Shown: piece by piece, positions 22,265-31,665 of the stretch
Position numbering within the stretch: position 1 is the first letter of the stretch
Layout of the letters: each line of letters begins with the position of its first letter
The notes under the pieces: generated by a model
What the model was told of the DNA's origin: nothing
What the model saw: the letters and a program-made list of their open reading frames with translations, nothing else
The model's database searches: none
Position numbers and translations under genes: made by a program
From: Escherichia coli
GTDB taxonomy: Bacteria; Pseudomonadota; Gammaproteobacteria; Enterobacterales; Enterobacteriaceae
Assembly: GCF_046105845.1 (NCBI RefSeq)
Contig: NZ_CP151004.1
Length of the DNA: 64,000 nucleotides
Reading direction: 5' to 3' (one strand)

Positions 22265-23440
22265 CTACAACCCTAACGCATATTTCAGCGCCTGACGTTT
22301 CAACACGCCAGCACGCTCCGCCGCCATCAAACCAAGATTACGCACAAAACGCAGCGGCGGCAGATTATTACTGAATCCGGCATAAAACAGATCCATACCG
22401 CTCTGCATAATGAAGTTATCCGCCATGCGCCGCATCTGGTAACGCTTGAGGACAGGATAACTGGCCCACGCTTCGCCGTAGCTGCGGGCATTCACCAGAA
22501 CGTCAATCAGGGCATCGACATCACGATAACCAAGATTCACCCCCTGCCCCGCCAGCGGATGGATGGTATGCGCGGCATCGCCCACCAGCGCAAGCCCTGG
22601 CTGCACATACTGCAACGCATGGCGACGCGTCAGCGGAAACGCACCAGCGGCAAGCGGTGTCACGTAACCCAGACGCGACGGGAAATGCTTCGCGATTTCC
22701 GCCTGGAGCTGTGCCATATTCATATTCTGCAACTGGCGAATGCGCGCCGGAGAGTCATACCACACCAGCGATGCCCAGTTATCAAACAACGGCAGAAACG
22801 CACGCGGTCCGTCCGGGGTAAATTGCTGCCAGGTGCTATCGCCGGGATCGTTCTCGCACTGTACGCTAATCAACATACACGACTGTGCATACTGCCAGGC
22901 ATGAACGCCAATTCCCGCCATCTGCCGCACCTGCGAATTTGCGCCGTCGGCACCAATCACCAGCTTCGCGCGGATCGTTTCTCCACCCTTCAGTTCCAGC
23001 TCCTGAAGATCATCATGGCGATGCAGCGCAATCAGCGAGCCTGGCACACGTAACGTTACTTTTGGATGCGCTTCCAGCGCCTGCCACAGCGCCTGTTGCA
23101 GGACGGTGTTTTCCACCATATAGCCAAGCAGCGGCAGCTTAAGTTCAGCGGCGTCAAACACCACATGCGCCGTTTCCCACTCCCACGTTTCCAGTCTGCG
23201 GTAAGGATGGCAACGCATAGCCTGTACTGCATCCCAGACCCCTAACCCTTTAAGCAATGATACCGAAGCCGCACTAATCGCCGAGATCCGCACGTCCGGC
23301 TGGCTGTCAGCGACAAACGGTGCAGGTTGGGCATGTTCGATCACCATTACCGAAAATCCGTGCTGAGCCAGTCCCAGCGCCAGTGCGCCGCCGACCATTC
23401 CTCCGCCGACAATGGCAATTTCCGTTGGTTGATTTGTCAT
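22265..23440 (-). CDS. ubiF: Ubiquinone biosynthesis FAD-dependent hydroxylase UbiF (391 aa)
   Basis: ORF 22265..23446; ATG at 23440 gives MTNQPTEIAIVGGGMVGGALALGL..., GxGxxG FAD motif. Confidence 0.93.
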   Translation of the reverse strand: MTNQPTEIAIVGGGMVGGALALGLAQHGFSVMVIEHAQPAPFVADSQPDVRISAISAASVSLLKGLGVWDAVQAMRCHPYRRLETWEWETAHVVFDAAELKLPLLGYMVENTVLQQALWQALEAHPKVTLRVPGSLIALHRHDDLQELELKGGETIRAKLVIGADGANSQVRQMAGIGVHAWQYAQSCMLISVQCENDPGDSTWQQFTPDGPRAFLPLFDNWASLVWYDSPARIRQLQNMNMAQLQAEIAKHFPSRLGYVTPLAAGAFPLTRRHALQYVQPGLALVGDAAHTIHPLAGQGVNLGYRDVDALIDVLVNARSYGEAWASYPVLKRYQMRRMADNFIMQSGMDLFYAGFSNNLPPLRFVRNLGLMAAERAGVLKRQALKYALGL

Positions 23441-23585
23441 GGTCAATCATCCTGTTAGCAATATGCTTTAAGTTTACAGGATTTTTACCCCCAAGGGCTG
23501 ATAACGCTCATACTGGTCACAACGGCAGCAAAGCATTACACTATGCGCCCTGCATTCCTGGCTACTATTTCGCAAGAGCAAGTCG

Positions 23586-25010
23586 ATGACCAAAAAACTC
23601 CATATTAAAACCTGGGGCTGTCAGATGAACGAGTACGATTCATCGAAGATGGCCGATCTGCTGGATGCCACCCACGGCTATCAACTGACCGACGTGGCGG
23701 AAGAAGCGGATGTGCTGCTGCTGAACACCTGCTCAATCCGCGAGAAGGCTCAGGAAAAAGTCTTCCATCAGTTGGGTCGCTGGAAACTGTTAAAAGAGAA
23801 GAATCCAGACCTGATTATCGGTGTCGGCGGCTGCGTGGCATCGCAGGAAGGCGAGCACATTCGCCAGCGCGCCCACTATGTCGATATTATTTTTGGGCCG
23901 CAAACGCTGCACCGCCTGCCGGAGATGATCAACTCCGTGCGCGGCGACCGCAGCCCGGTTGTAGATATCAGCTTCCCGGAAATCGAGAAGTTTGACCGTC
24001 TGCCGGAACCGCGCGCCGAAGGGCCGACCGCGTTTGTCTCCATCATGGAAGGCTGCAATAAATATTGCACCTACTGCGTGGTACCTTACACCCGTGGTGA
24101 AGAGGTAAGCCGTCCGTCCGACGATATTCTGTTTGAGATTGCCCAGCTTGCGGCTCAGGGCGTGCGTGAAGTCAACCTGCTCGGTCAGAACGTGAACGCC
24201 TGGCGTGGTGAAAACTACGACGGCACCACCGGAACGTTTGCCGATCTGCTGCGTCTGGTTGCGGCGATCGACGGGATCGATCGTATTCGCTTTACCACCA
24301 GCCATCCGATCGAATTCACCGACGATATCATCGAAGTGTACCGCGACACGCCGGAGCTGGTGAGCTTCCTGCACCTGCCGGTACAGAGCGGTTCCGATCG
24401 CATTCTGAACCTGATGGGCCGTACTCATACGGCGCTGGAGTATAAAGCGATCATCCGTAAACTGCGTGCGGCGCGTCCGGATATTCAGATCAGTTCTGAC
24501 TTCATTGTTGGCTTCCCTGGCGAAACCACCGAAGACTTCGAGAAAACGATGAAGCTGATTGCCGACGTCAATTTCGACATGAGCTACAGCTTTATCTTCT
24601 CTGCACGTCCGGGTACACCAGCCGCCGATATGGTTGATGATGTTCCGGAAGAAGAGAAGAAGCAGCGTCTGTATATTCTGCAAGAACGTATCAATCAGCA
24701 AGCGATGGCATGGAGCCGCCGGATGCTCGGCACCACCCAGCGTATTCTGGTAGAAGGGACTTCGCGTAAGAGCATCATGGAGCTTTCCGGGCGTACCGAA
24801 AATAACCGCGTGGTCAACTTCGAGGGCACACCGGATATGATCGGTAAATTCGTCGATGTAGAAATTACCGACGTCTACCCGAACTCTCTGCGCGGTAAAG
24901 TGGTGCGTACTGAAGATGAAATGGGGCTGCGCGTGGCAGAAACACCAGAATCGGTCATTGCCCGTACCCGCAAAGAAAACGACCTTGGCGTGGGTTATTA
25001 TCAGCCGTAA
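23586..25010 (+). CDS. miaB: tRNA-i6A37 methylthiotransferase MiaB (474 aa)
   Basis: [29 protein letters not shown]..., radical-SAM CxxxCxxC (CNKYCTYC), TRAM domain. Confidence 0.95.
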   Translation: MTKKLHIKTWGCQMNEYDSSKMADLLDATHGYQLTDVAEEADVLLLNTCSIREKAQEKVFHQLGRWKLLKEKNPDLIIGVGGCVASQEGEHIRQRAHYVDIIFGPQTLHRLPEMINSVRGDRSPVVDISFPEIEKFDRLPEPRAEGPTAFVSIMEGCNKYCTYCVVPYTRGEEVSRPSDDILFEIAQLAAQGVREVNLLGQNVNAWRGENYDGTTGTFADLLRLVAAIDGIDRIRFTTSHPIEFTDDIIEVYRDTPELVSFLHLPVQSGSDRILNLMGRTHTALEYKAIIRKLRAARPDIQISSDFIVGFPGETTEDFEKTMKLIADVNFDMSYSFIFSARPGTPAADMVDDVPEEEKKQRLYILQERINQQAMAWSRRMLGTTQRILVEGTSRKSIMELSGRTENNRVVNFEGTPDMIGKFVDVEITDVYPNSLRGKVVRTEDEMGLRVAETPESVIARTRKENDLGVGYYQP

Positions 25011-25014
25011 TTCT

Positions 25015-25046
25015 CAGGCCCGCCGTTCCGGTGGGCCTTGTTTTTT
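25015..25046 (+). terminator. Stem-loop with T-run downstream of miaB (possible intra-operon attenuator)
   Basis: aGGCCCgccgttccggtGGGCCttgtttttt. Confidence 0.4.
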
Positions 25047-25162
25047 CTCTCTTTATCCCCATCTTTATCGCAATGCTTGCGCCTTTTTCCTGTGGCGTGA
25101 ATAATTTCCTTATAGGCCGGTGAATGTTCAGCTTCCGGCGGCATACAGATAAGAGGAACGGT

Positions 25163-26203
25163 TTGAACATAGACACTCGCGAAATCACCCTGGAGCCAGC
25201 AGACAACGCGCGTCTGTTGAGCCTGTGCGGCCCGTTTGATGACAACATCAAACAACTCGAACGCCGTCTCGGCATCGAAATCAATCGCCGCGATAACCAC
25301 TTTAAACTGACCGGCCGTCCGATTTGCGTCACCGCTGCGGCAGACATTCTGCGTAGCCTGTATGTCGATACTGCCCCGATGCGCGGTCAGATTCAGGATA
25401 TTGAACCGGAACAGATCCACCTTGCGATTAAAGAAGCGCGGGTACTGGAGCAAAGCGCGGAGAGCGTGCCGGAGTACGGCAAAGCGGTCAATATCAAAAC
25501 CAAACGCGGCGTAATCAAGCCGCGCACGCCAAACCAGGCGCAGTACATCGCCAATATTCTCGACCATGACATTACCTTCGGCGTTGGCCCGGCGGGTACG
25601 GGTAAAACCTACCTGGCAGTGGCTGCAGCAGTTGATGCCCTGGAGCGTCAGGAAATTCGCCGTATTCTGCTGACTCGTCCGGCGGTAGAAGCCGGTGAGA
25701 AACTGGGCTTCCTGCCTGGCGATTTAAGCCAGAAAGTAGATCCGTATCTGCGCCCGCTGTACGACGCGCTGTTTGAAATGCTGGGCTTTGAGAAAGTCGA
25801 GAAACTGATTGAGCGCAACGTTATTGAAGTCGCGCCGCTGGCCTATATGCGTGGCCGTACGCTGAACGACGCGTTTATCATTCTCGATGAAAGCCAGAAC
25901 ACCACCATCGAACAGATGAAGATGTTCCTGACCCGTATCGGTTTTAACTCAAAAGCGGTTATCACCGGCGACGTCACGCAGATCGACCTGCCGCGTAATA
26001 CTAAATCAGGCTTACGTCATGCCATCGAAGTGCTGGCTGACGTCGAAGAGATCAGCTTTAACTTCTTCCACAGCGAAGACGTGGTTCGTCACCCGGTGGT
26101 GGCGCGTATCGTTAACGCTTATGAAGCCTGGGAAGAAGCAGAACAAAAACGTAAAGCGGCGCTGGCAGCAGAACGCAAGCGCGAAGAACAGGAACAAAAA
26201 TGA
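25163..26203 (+). CDS. ybeZ: PhoH-like ATPase YbeZ (346 aa), probable TTG start
   Basis: ORF 25124..26203; TTG at 25163 preceded by AAGAGGA gives (M)[18 protein letters not shown]...; Walker A GPAGTGKT. Confidence 0.9.
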   Translation: MNIDTREITLEPADNARLLSLCGPFDDNIKQLERRLGIEINRRDNHFKLTGRPICVTAAADILRSLYVDTAPMRGQIQDIEPEQIHLAIKEARVLEQSAESVPEYGKAVNIKTKRGVIKPRTPNQAQYIANILDHDITFGVGPAGTGKTYLAVAAAVDALERQEIRRILLTRPAVEAGEKLGFLPGDLSQKVDPYLRPLYDALFEMLGFEKVEKLIERNVIEVAPLAYMRGRTLNDAFIILDESQNTTIEQMKMFLTRIGFNSKAVITGDVTQIDLPRNTKSGLRHAIEVLADVEEISFNFFHSEDVVRHPVVARIVNAYEAWEEAEQKRKAALAAERKREEQEQK

Positions 26204-26667
26204 GTCAGGTGATCCTCGATTTACAACTGGCATGTGAAGATAATTCCGGGTTACCGGAAGAGAGCCAGTTTCAAACATGGCTGAATGCAGTGATCCCGCA
26301 GTTTCAGGAAGAGTCGGAAGTGACTATTCGCGTGGTCGATACCGCCGAAAGCCACAGTCTGAATCTGACCTATCGCGGTAAGGATAAGCCGACCAACGTG
26401 CTCTCCTTCCCGTTTGAAGTGCCGCCTGGCATGGAAATGTCGCTACTGGGCGATCTGGTTATCTGCCGTCAGGTGGTTGAGAAGGAAGCACAGGAGCAAG
26501 GCAAACCACTGGAGGCGCACTGGGCGCATATGGTGGTGCACGGCAGTCTGCATTTGTTAGGTTACGATCACATCGAAGATGACGAAGCAGAAGAAATGGA
26601 AGCCATCGAAACAGAGATTATGCTTGCTCTGGGCTATGAGGATCCGTACATTGCCGAGAAAGAATAA
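26200..26667 (+). CDS. ybeY: Endoribonuclease YbeY, rRNA maturation factor (155 aa)
   Basis: [27 protein letters not shown]..., HGxLHLxGYDH zinc motif. Confidence 0.95.
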   Translation: MSQVILDLQLACEDNSGLPEESQFQTWLNAVIPQFQEESEVTIRVVDTAESHSLNLTYRGKDKPTNVLSFPFEVPPGMEMSLLGDLVICRQVVEKEAQEQGKPLEAHWAHMVVHGSLHLLGYDHIEDDEAEEMEAIETEIMLALGYEDPYIAEKE

Positions 26668-26756
26668 TTTGCCAGGCATTTGACTGGCAGACGTCCCCGC
26701 CGTTGGTGATTAACGACGGCGTTTTGATTAACTAACATGAGAACCCATACGACGCC

Positions 26757-27635
26757 ATGAGCGACGACAATTCACACAGTAGTGACACGATAAGCAACAA
26801 GAAGGGATTTTTCTCCCTGTTACTCAGCCAACTTTTCCACGGTGAACCGAAAAACCGTGACGAACTGCTGGCGCTGATCCGTGATTCCGGGCAGAACGAC
26901 CTTATCGACGAAGATACGCGCGATATGCTCGAAGGGGTGATGGACATCGCAGACCAACGCGTCCGCGACATCATGATCCCCCGCTCCCAGATGATTACCC
27001 TGAAACGCAACCAGACGCTGGACGAATGCCTTGATGTCATCATCGAGTCCGCCCACTCACGTTTCCCGGTGATTAGCGAAGACAAAGATCACATTGAAGG
27101 GATTCTGATGGCGAAAGACTTGCTGCCGTTTATGCGCAGCGATGCTGAAGCCTTCAGCATGGACAAAGTGTTACGTCAGGCAGTTGTCGTTCCTGAAAGT
27201 AAGCGCGTAGACCGGATGCTGAAAGAGTTTCGCTCTCAGCGTTACCACATGGCGATCGTCATTGACGAATTCGGTGGGGTTTCCGGTCTGGTGACCATTG
27301 AAGACATCCTGGAACTGATTGTTGGTGAGATTGAAGACGAGTATGACGAAGAAGATGATATCGACTTCCGTCAGCTGAGTCGTCATACCTGGACCGTGCG
27401 CGCACTGGCTTCCATTGAAGACTTCAACGAGGCGTTCGGCACCCACTTTAGCGATGAAGAGGTCGACACTATCGGTGGTCTGGTGATGCAGGCATTTGGG
27501 CATCTTCCGGCGCGTGGTGAAACCATCGACATCGACGGTTACCAGTTCAAAGTGGCGATGGCCGACAGTCGGCGTATTATTCAGGTTCATGTCAAAATTC
27601 CGGATGACTCACCCCAGCCAAAGCTGGATGAATAA
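26757..27635 (+). CDS. corC: CorC/YbeX CBS-domain Mg/Co efflux-associated protein (292 aa)
   Basis: [41 protein letters not shown]..., CBS pair plus CorC_HlyC domain. Confidence 0.93.
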   Translation: MSDDNSHSSDTISNKKGFFSLLLSQLFHGEPKNRDELLALIRDSGQNDLIDEDTRDMLEGVMDIADQRVRDIMIPRSQMITLKRNQTLDECLDVIIESAHSRFPVISEDKDHIEGILMAKDLLPFMRSDAEAFSMDKVLRQAVVVPESKRVDRMLKEFRSQRYHMAIVIDEFGGVSGLVTIEDILELIVGEIEDEYDEEDDIDFRQLSRHTWTVRALASIEDFNEAFGTHFSDEEVDTIGGLVMQAFGHLPARGETIDIDGYQFKVAMADSRRIIQVHVKIPDDSPQPKLDE

Positions 27636-27659
27636 AACCGAAACTGGATAGATAACTAC

Positions 27660-29201
27660 ATGGCTTTTGCCTCATTAATTGAACGCCAGCGCATTCGCCT
27701 GCTGCTGGCGTTATTATTCGGTGCCTGCGGAACGCTGGCCTTCTCTCCTTACGATGTCTGGCCTGCGGCGATTATTTCGCTGATGGGGCTTCAGGCGCTG
27801 ACCTTTAACCGCCGTCCACTCCAGTCTGCCGCTATTGGCTTTTGCTGGGGATTTGGCCTCTTTGGCAGCGGTATTAACTGGGTCTATGTCAGCATCGCGA
27901 CTTTTGGCGGAATGCCTGGCCCGGTTAACATCTTCCTGGTGGTGCTGCTGGCGGCGTATTTGTCGCTGTATACCGGACTGTTTGCTGGCGTGCTGTCGCG
28001 CCTGTGGCCGAAAACCACCTGGCTGCGCGTGGCGATTGCCGCCCCTGCTCTCTGGCAAGTGACCGAGTTTCTGCGCGGTTGGGTGCTGACTGGTTTCCCG
28101 TGGTTACAGTTCGGCTATAGCCAGATTGATGGCCCGTTAAAAGGGCTGGCACCAATAATGGGCGTGGAAGCCATTAACTTCCTGCTAATGATGGTTAGCG
28201 GCCTGCTGGCACTGGCGTTGGTCAAACGCAACTGGCGTCCGCTGGCGGTGGCCGTCGTGCTGTTCGCCCTTCCCTTCCCGCTGCGTTACATCCAGTGGTT
28301 TACCCCGCAACCGGAGAAAACCATTCAGGTTTCGATGGTTCAGGGCGATATTCCGCAATCACTGAAATGGGACGGAGACCAGCTTCTTAATACGCTGAAG
28401 ATTTACTACAACGCAACGGCACCGCTGATGGGCAAATCATCGTTGATTATCTGGCCGGAGTCGGCGATAACCGATCTGGAAATTAATCAGCAACCGTTCC
28501 TCAAAGCACTGGACGGTGAGTTGCGCGATAAAGGTAGCTCGCTGGTAACCGGGATTGTTGACGCGCGTCTCAATAAGCAGAACCGCTACGATACTTACAA
28601 CACCATCATCACGCTGGGGAAAGGTGCGCCGTACAGCTACGAATCAGCCGATCGCTATAACAAAAACCATCTGGTGCCGTTTGGCGAGTTTGTCCCGCTG
28701 GAGTCGATTCTGCGTCCGTTAGCGCCGTTCTTTGATCTGCCGATGTCGTCGTTCAGCCGTGGGCCATATATCCAGCCACCGCTGTCGGTAAACGGTATTG
28801 AGCTTACTGCGGCTATTTGCTACGAGATCATTCTCGGCGAGCAAGTGCGTGATAACTTCCGCCCGGATACCGATTATCTGCTGACTATCTCCAACGATGC
28901 ATGGTTTGGTAAGTCTATTGGTCCATGGCAGCACTTCCAGATGGCGCGAATGCGTGCGCTGGAGTTGGCGCGCCCGCTACTGCGTAGCACCAACAACGGC
29001 ATTACGGCGGTGATTGGTCCGCAGGGTGAGATTCAGGCGATGATCCCGCAATTCACCCGCGAGGTGTTAACCACTAACGTGACGCCGACTACCGGACTTA
29101 CACCGTACGCACGTACCGGCAACTGGCCTCTGTGGGTGCTGACGGCACTGTTTGGTTTTGCTGCTGTGCTGATGAGTCTGCGTCAGCGACGTAAACGTTG
29201 A
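27660..29201 (+). CDS. lnt: Apolipoprotein N-acyltransferase Lnt (about 512 aa)
   Basis: [37 protein letters not shown]..., multi-TM N-terminus, CN-hydrolase domain. Confidence 0.95.
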   Translation: MAFASLIERQRIRLLLALLFGACGTLAFSPYDVWPAAIISLMGLQALTFNRRPLQSAAIGFCWGFGLFGSGINWVYVSIATFGGMPGPVNIFLVVLLAAYLSLYTGLFAGVLSRLWPKTTWLRVAIAAPALWQVTEFLRGWVLTGFPWLQFGYSQIDGPLKGLAPIMGVEAINFLLMMVSGLLALALVKRNWRPLAVAVVLFALPFPLRYIQWFTPQPEKTIQVSMVQGDIPQSLKWDGDQLLNTLKIYYNATAPLMGKSSLIIWPESAITDLEINQQPFLKALDGELRDKGSSLVTGIVDARLNKQNRYDTYNTIITLGKGAPYSYESADRYNKNHLVPFGEFVPLESILRPLAPFFDLPMSSFSRGPYIQPPLSVNGIELTAAICYEIILGEQVRDNFRPDTDYLLTISNDAWFGKSIGPWQHFQMARMRALELARPLLRSTNNGITAVIGPQGEIQAMIPQFTREVLTTNVTPTTGLTPYARTGNWPLWVLTALFGFAAVLMSLRQRRKR

Positions 29202-29214
29202 GGTGAATGATGCG

Positions 29215-29249
29215 CTGGCCTGCAAAATTGCATCATTTTTGCAGGCCAG
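29215..29249. repeat. Perfect 13-bp inverted repeat just downstream of lnt
   Basis: CTGGCCTGCAAAA-ttgcatca-TTTTGCAGGCCAG; no U-tract on either strand. Confidence 0.6.
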
Positions 29250-29304
29250 ATAAACCGTTAACACCGCATCCGGTATCAACAAAACATACTTTCTCATTAA
29301 GCGG

Positions 29305-29332
29305 TGGGGCGTGATTATCATGCCCCTTTTTT
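29305..29332 (+). terminator. Rho-independent terminator (plus-strand orientation) abutting the stop of the minus-strand rhomboid gene
   Basis: GGGGCgtgattatcatGCCCCtttttt. Confidence 0.55.
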
Positions 29333-29333
29333 C

Positions 29334-31211
29334 TTACGGTTCAGGGATACAAGCCACATTGCCATATTGGGGATGACGAATAATTGCCTGCGGATCAAGC
29401 GAGCGCGTCCTGTCCAGTTGGATTAACCCGTTCTTCGCCATAACAAATATTTTTCTACCATCCGCTGAAAAACGAAGGTGATTAACGTAGCTGGCAGGAT
29501 AAACGCCAATAATCTGCCCGGCATTAATATTGAGCTGGATGACATAACCTTGCAGGCCATATGACACCAACGCTAAATATTGACCGTCCGGGCTAATACC
29601 CTCAACGGAATAAACGCTCCTGCTACACCATTGCGTCATAATACTGGCTTGTTGATCCTCAGCTCTTATACGTGAAATCCCCTGGCTATCGGCAAAAATA
29701 ATCTCTCCATTTTTTGGTCGGAATCCCATCGCAGAAACGACACCACGCGCATCACCTGCGGGAAAGTCTTCTTTCTGATGCGTGATGGTATTGATGCGTA
29801 CAATGTCACCTCTGACCATACCGGGTATCAACAATGTTTTTTCATCCGGGGAAAGTGCCATAACCCAGGCACCAGGTTTATTACTCGTCCCCGTCCCGTC
29901 GTATTTCTCCAGCGGGATATCCGCCACATGCTGATAAGTCACCAGATCAATGGCTGACACACTATTACTGGTGCGATTCATCACCCAAGCTTTTGTGCCA
30001 TCACGCGAGAGGATAAGACTGTCAGGATGTGCACCGGTGGTAATCGACTGAATAATCTCCCCCGTCGCCACGTTAATGACCGATAACGCATTCGCTTCAA
30101 ATGAAGTCGCATAAAGCAACGTTTCATCCGGGCTTAGCGCCAGCGATCTGACGCCCTGATCTTTACAGCCACCACAATGTTTGACTGACTTTTCTTTCGC
30201 TATGGGGGCTGTAAAGGTATGCAGGATTTTCTTTTGTCCGAGGTCGAAAACAACAATGCTGTTGGTGTTTTCAATTGCGGCATACAACGTATTACCATCC
30301 CGACTGATCGCCATATCATGGATATCGGAAATCTCAGCGAGCAAATCACCACTGGCCTGTTCACGACTTACCGGAGCGGATAATGTTTCCCTGAGGGCGT
30401 TGCGTTCCTCCGCTAACTGCTGCTTTTTTTGCCGTCGCTCTTGTTCAATCTCCTGTGGATAAAACTCTTCACGCAGGCTTTGCCTGACTTGTAAAACTGA
30501 CTCACCCATCTGCTGCTGCGCAAGCCAGATAGCCCCGGTCAGAAGAAGACTACCCGCAACAATAATCCCGCCTTCCGTAACAAGCCGGTTTTGCCCATAT
30601 AAACGCGCACTCAGCCCCCCCATCGCGCCACCCGCAATCAGGCCGCCAATGTGGCAAGCGTTATCTATTCCTGTTTGCCGGGCACCGTACAACAGTGTCA
30701 GCGCCACCATACCCAGCAGAGGAAATACTCGCCGCTGGTTTTTATGGTGTGTGCCCGCACCTGAAGCAAGCTGTGTTGCTATCGCAGCGCCAGCTATTCC
30801 CATAATCGCCCCGGATGCCCCAACGCTGATGACTATCTGCTCACTTTCGCGTAACGCATAACAGGCACTGATTAGCCCACCAAAGACGCCGGAGAATAAC
30901 CAGATAATCAGAAGTCGCCATTTCCCCAGTATCCGCTCCGCCACTGCCCCCACCACCAGAAGTGCAAACATATTCATCAGCAAATGGGGAAAACTACTGT
31001 GCAGAAAGACACTGCTCAATAAGCGCCAGGATTCGCCCGACAACGTGAGAGAAGTAACGTTAGCACCGAGATGGATGAGTGCGGATTGATCGACTTCTTC
31101 ATAACTCATCCATTGTGCGAGGTAACAAAATATCCCAACACAGAGCGCAAAAAGGATAAGGGTTATTGCGGGTAATTGAACATTTAACGGCTTAACCGAA
31201 GATGCAGACAT
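29334..31211 (-). CDS. Rhomboid-family intramembrane serine protease (7 TM) fused via a charged linker to a C-terminal YVTN/YncE-like beta-propeller (625 aa); not a gene I recognise from E. coli K-12
   Basis: Single 625-codon ORF. N-terminal residues 1-235: rhomboid motifs WR (62-63), HxxxN (H76, N80), GASG with catalytic Ser133, ACHIGG with His187, plus seventh hydrophobic helix 216-232. Residues 240-285 charged (EEFYPQEIEQERRQKKQQLAEERNALRE). Residues 286-625: about seven repeats of [LI]S[PR]DG..[LI]...N......[IV]D-type beta-strand blades. Confidence 0.85.
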   Translation of the reverse strand: MSASSVKPLNVQLPAITLILFALCVGIFCYLAQWMSYEEVDQSALIHLGANVTSLTLSGESWRLLSSVFLHSSFPHLLMNMFALLVVGAVAERILGKWRLLIIWLFSGVFGGLISACYALRESEQIVISVGASGAIMGIAGAAIATQLASGAGTHHKNQRRVFPLLGMVALTLLYGARQTGIDNACHIGGLIAGGAMGGLSARLYGQNRLVTEGGIIVAGSLLLTGAIWLAQQQMGESVLQVRQSLREEFYPQEIEQERRQKKQQLAEERNALRETLSAPVSREQASGDLLAEISDIHDMAISRDGNTLYAAIENTNSIVVFDLGQKKILHTFTAPIAKEKSVKHCGGCKDQGVRSLALSPDETLLYATSFEANALSVINVATGEIIQSITTGAHPDSLILSRDGTKAWVMNRTSNSVSAIDLVTYQHVADIPLEKYDGTGTSNKPGAWVMALSPDEKTLLIPGMVRGDIVRINTITHQKEDFPAGDARGVVSAMGFRPKNGEIIFADSQGISRIRAEDQQASIMTQWCSRSVYSVEGISPDGQYLALVSYGLQGYVIQLNINAGQIIGVYPASYVNHLRFSADGRKIFVMAKNGLIQLDRTRSLDPQAIIRHPQYGNVACIPEP

Positions 31212-31368
31212 AAGGTGTTTCTTCCTTGAAAAGACAGGTAAAAAGCATTTTTCCCGTGTGCAGTTATCATCCCGGCAAACGTCCCATGCCGAAAAGATAA
31301 CTCTGTCCGAAATATGACTTTTTCAGCCTAAAATTACAATCGTAATTAATTCATCCCTAAGTATTTTT

Positions 31369-31384
31369 TGGCATGTAAGTTGCT
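31369..31384 (+). promoter_or_regulatory. Candidate sigma54 (-24/-12) promoter directed toward gltI
   Basis: TGGCATgtaagTTGCT: GG and GC elements at the consensus spacing of TGGCACG-N4-TTGCA. Confidence 0.4.
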
Positions 31385-31451
31385 TTATTTACTGTGTAAG
31401 CAATGAAATCAGCCGCGACGCAACCGGGTTGCACCACCACAAATCAGCGGT

Positions 31452-31468
31452 AGCACCAAAAAGGTGCA
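31452..31468. promoter_or_regulatory. Candidate NtrC (GlnG) enhancer site in the rhomboid-gltI divergent region
   Basis: aGCACCAaaaaGGTGCA matches TGCACCA-N3-TGGTGCA at 15 of 17 positions; further GCACC/GGTGC half-sites at 31430-31436 and 31491-31496. Confidence 0.45.
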
Positions 31469-31665
31469 GTTTAAGAATTTTGCTTCGGAATGGTGCGGCG
31501 CAACTCGCAAAAACAAACAATAAAACAGCAATATCTTTACATTTAGCCAAACTAAATGTTACCTAACAGGCACAACACTGCACAATAAAGTTGCAGACGA
31601 TAACAACACAAACACTCACAACGGGTATCCATGCGTTCTTAACGCAGAAGATAAAGGAGTTGGAT

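Noticed and set aside
23790-24701. 303-codon minus-strand ORF
   Set aside because: Antisense shadow of miaB.
31571-31585. Second sigma54-like motif GGCACaacacTGCA near the gltI start
   Set aside because: GG and GC are separated by 9 rather than 10 nt; sigma54 does not tolerate this spacing.
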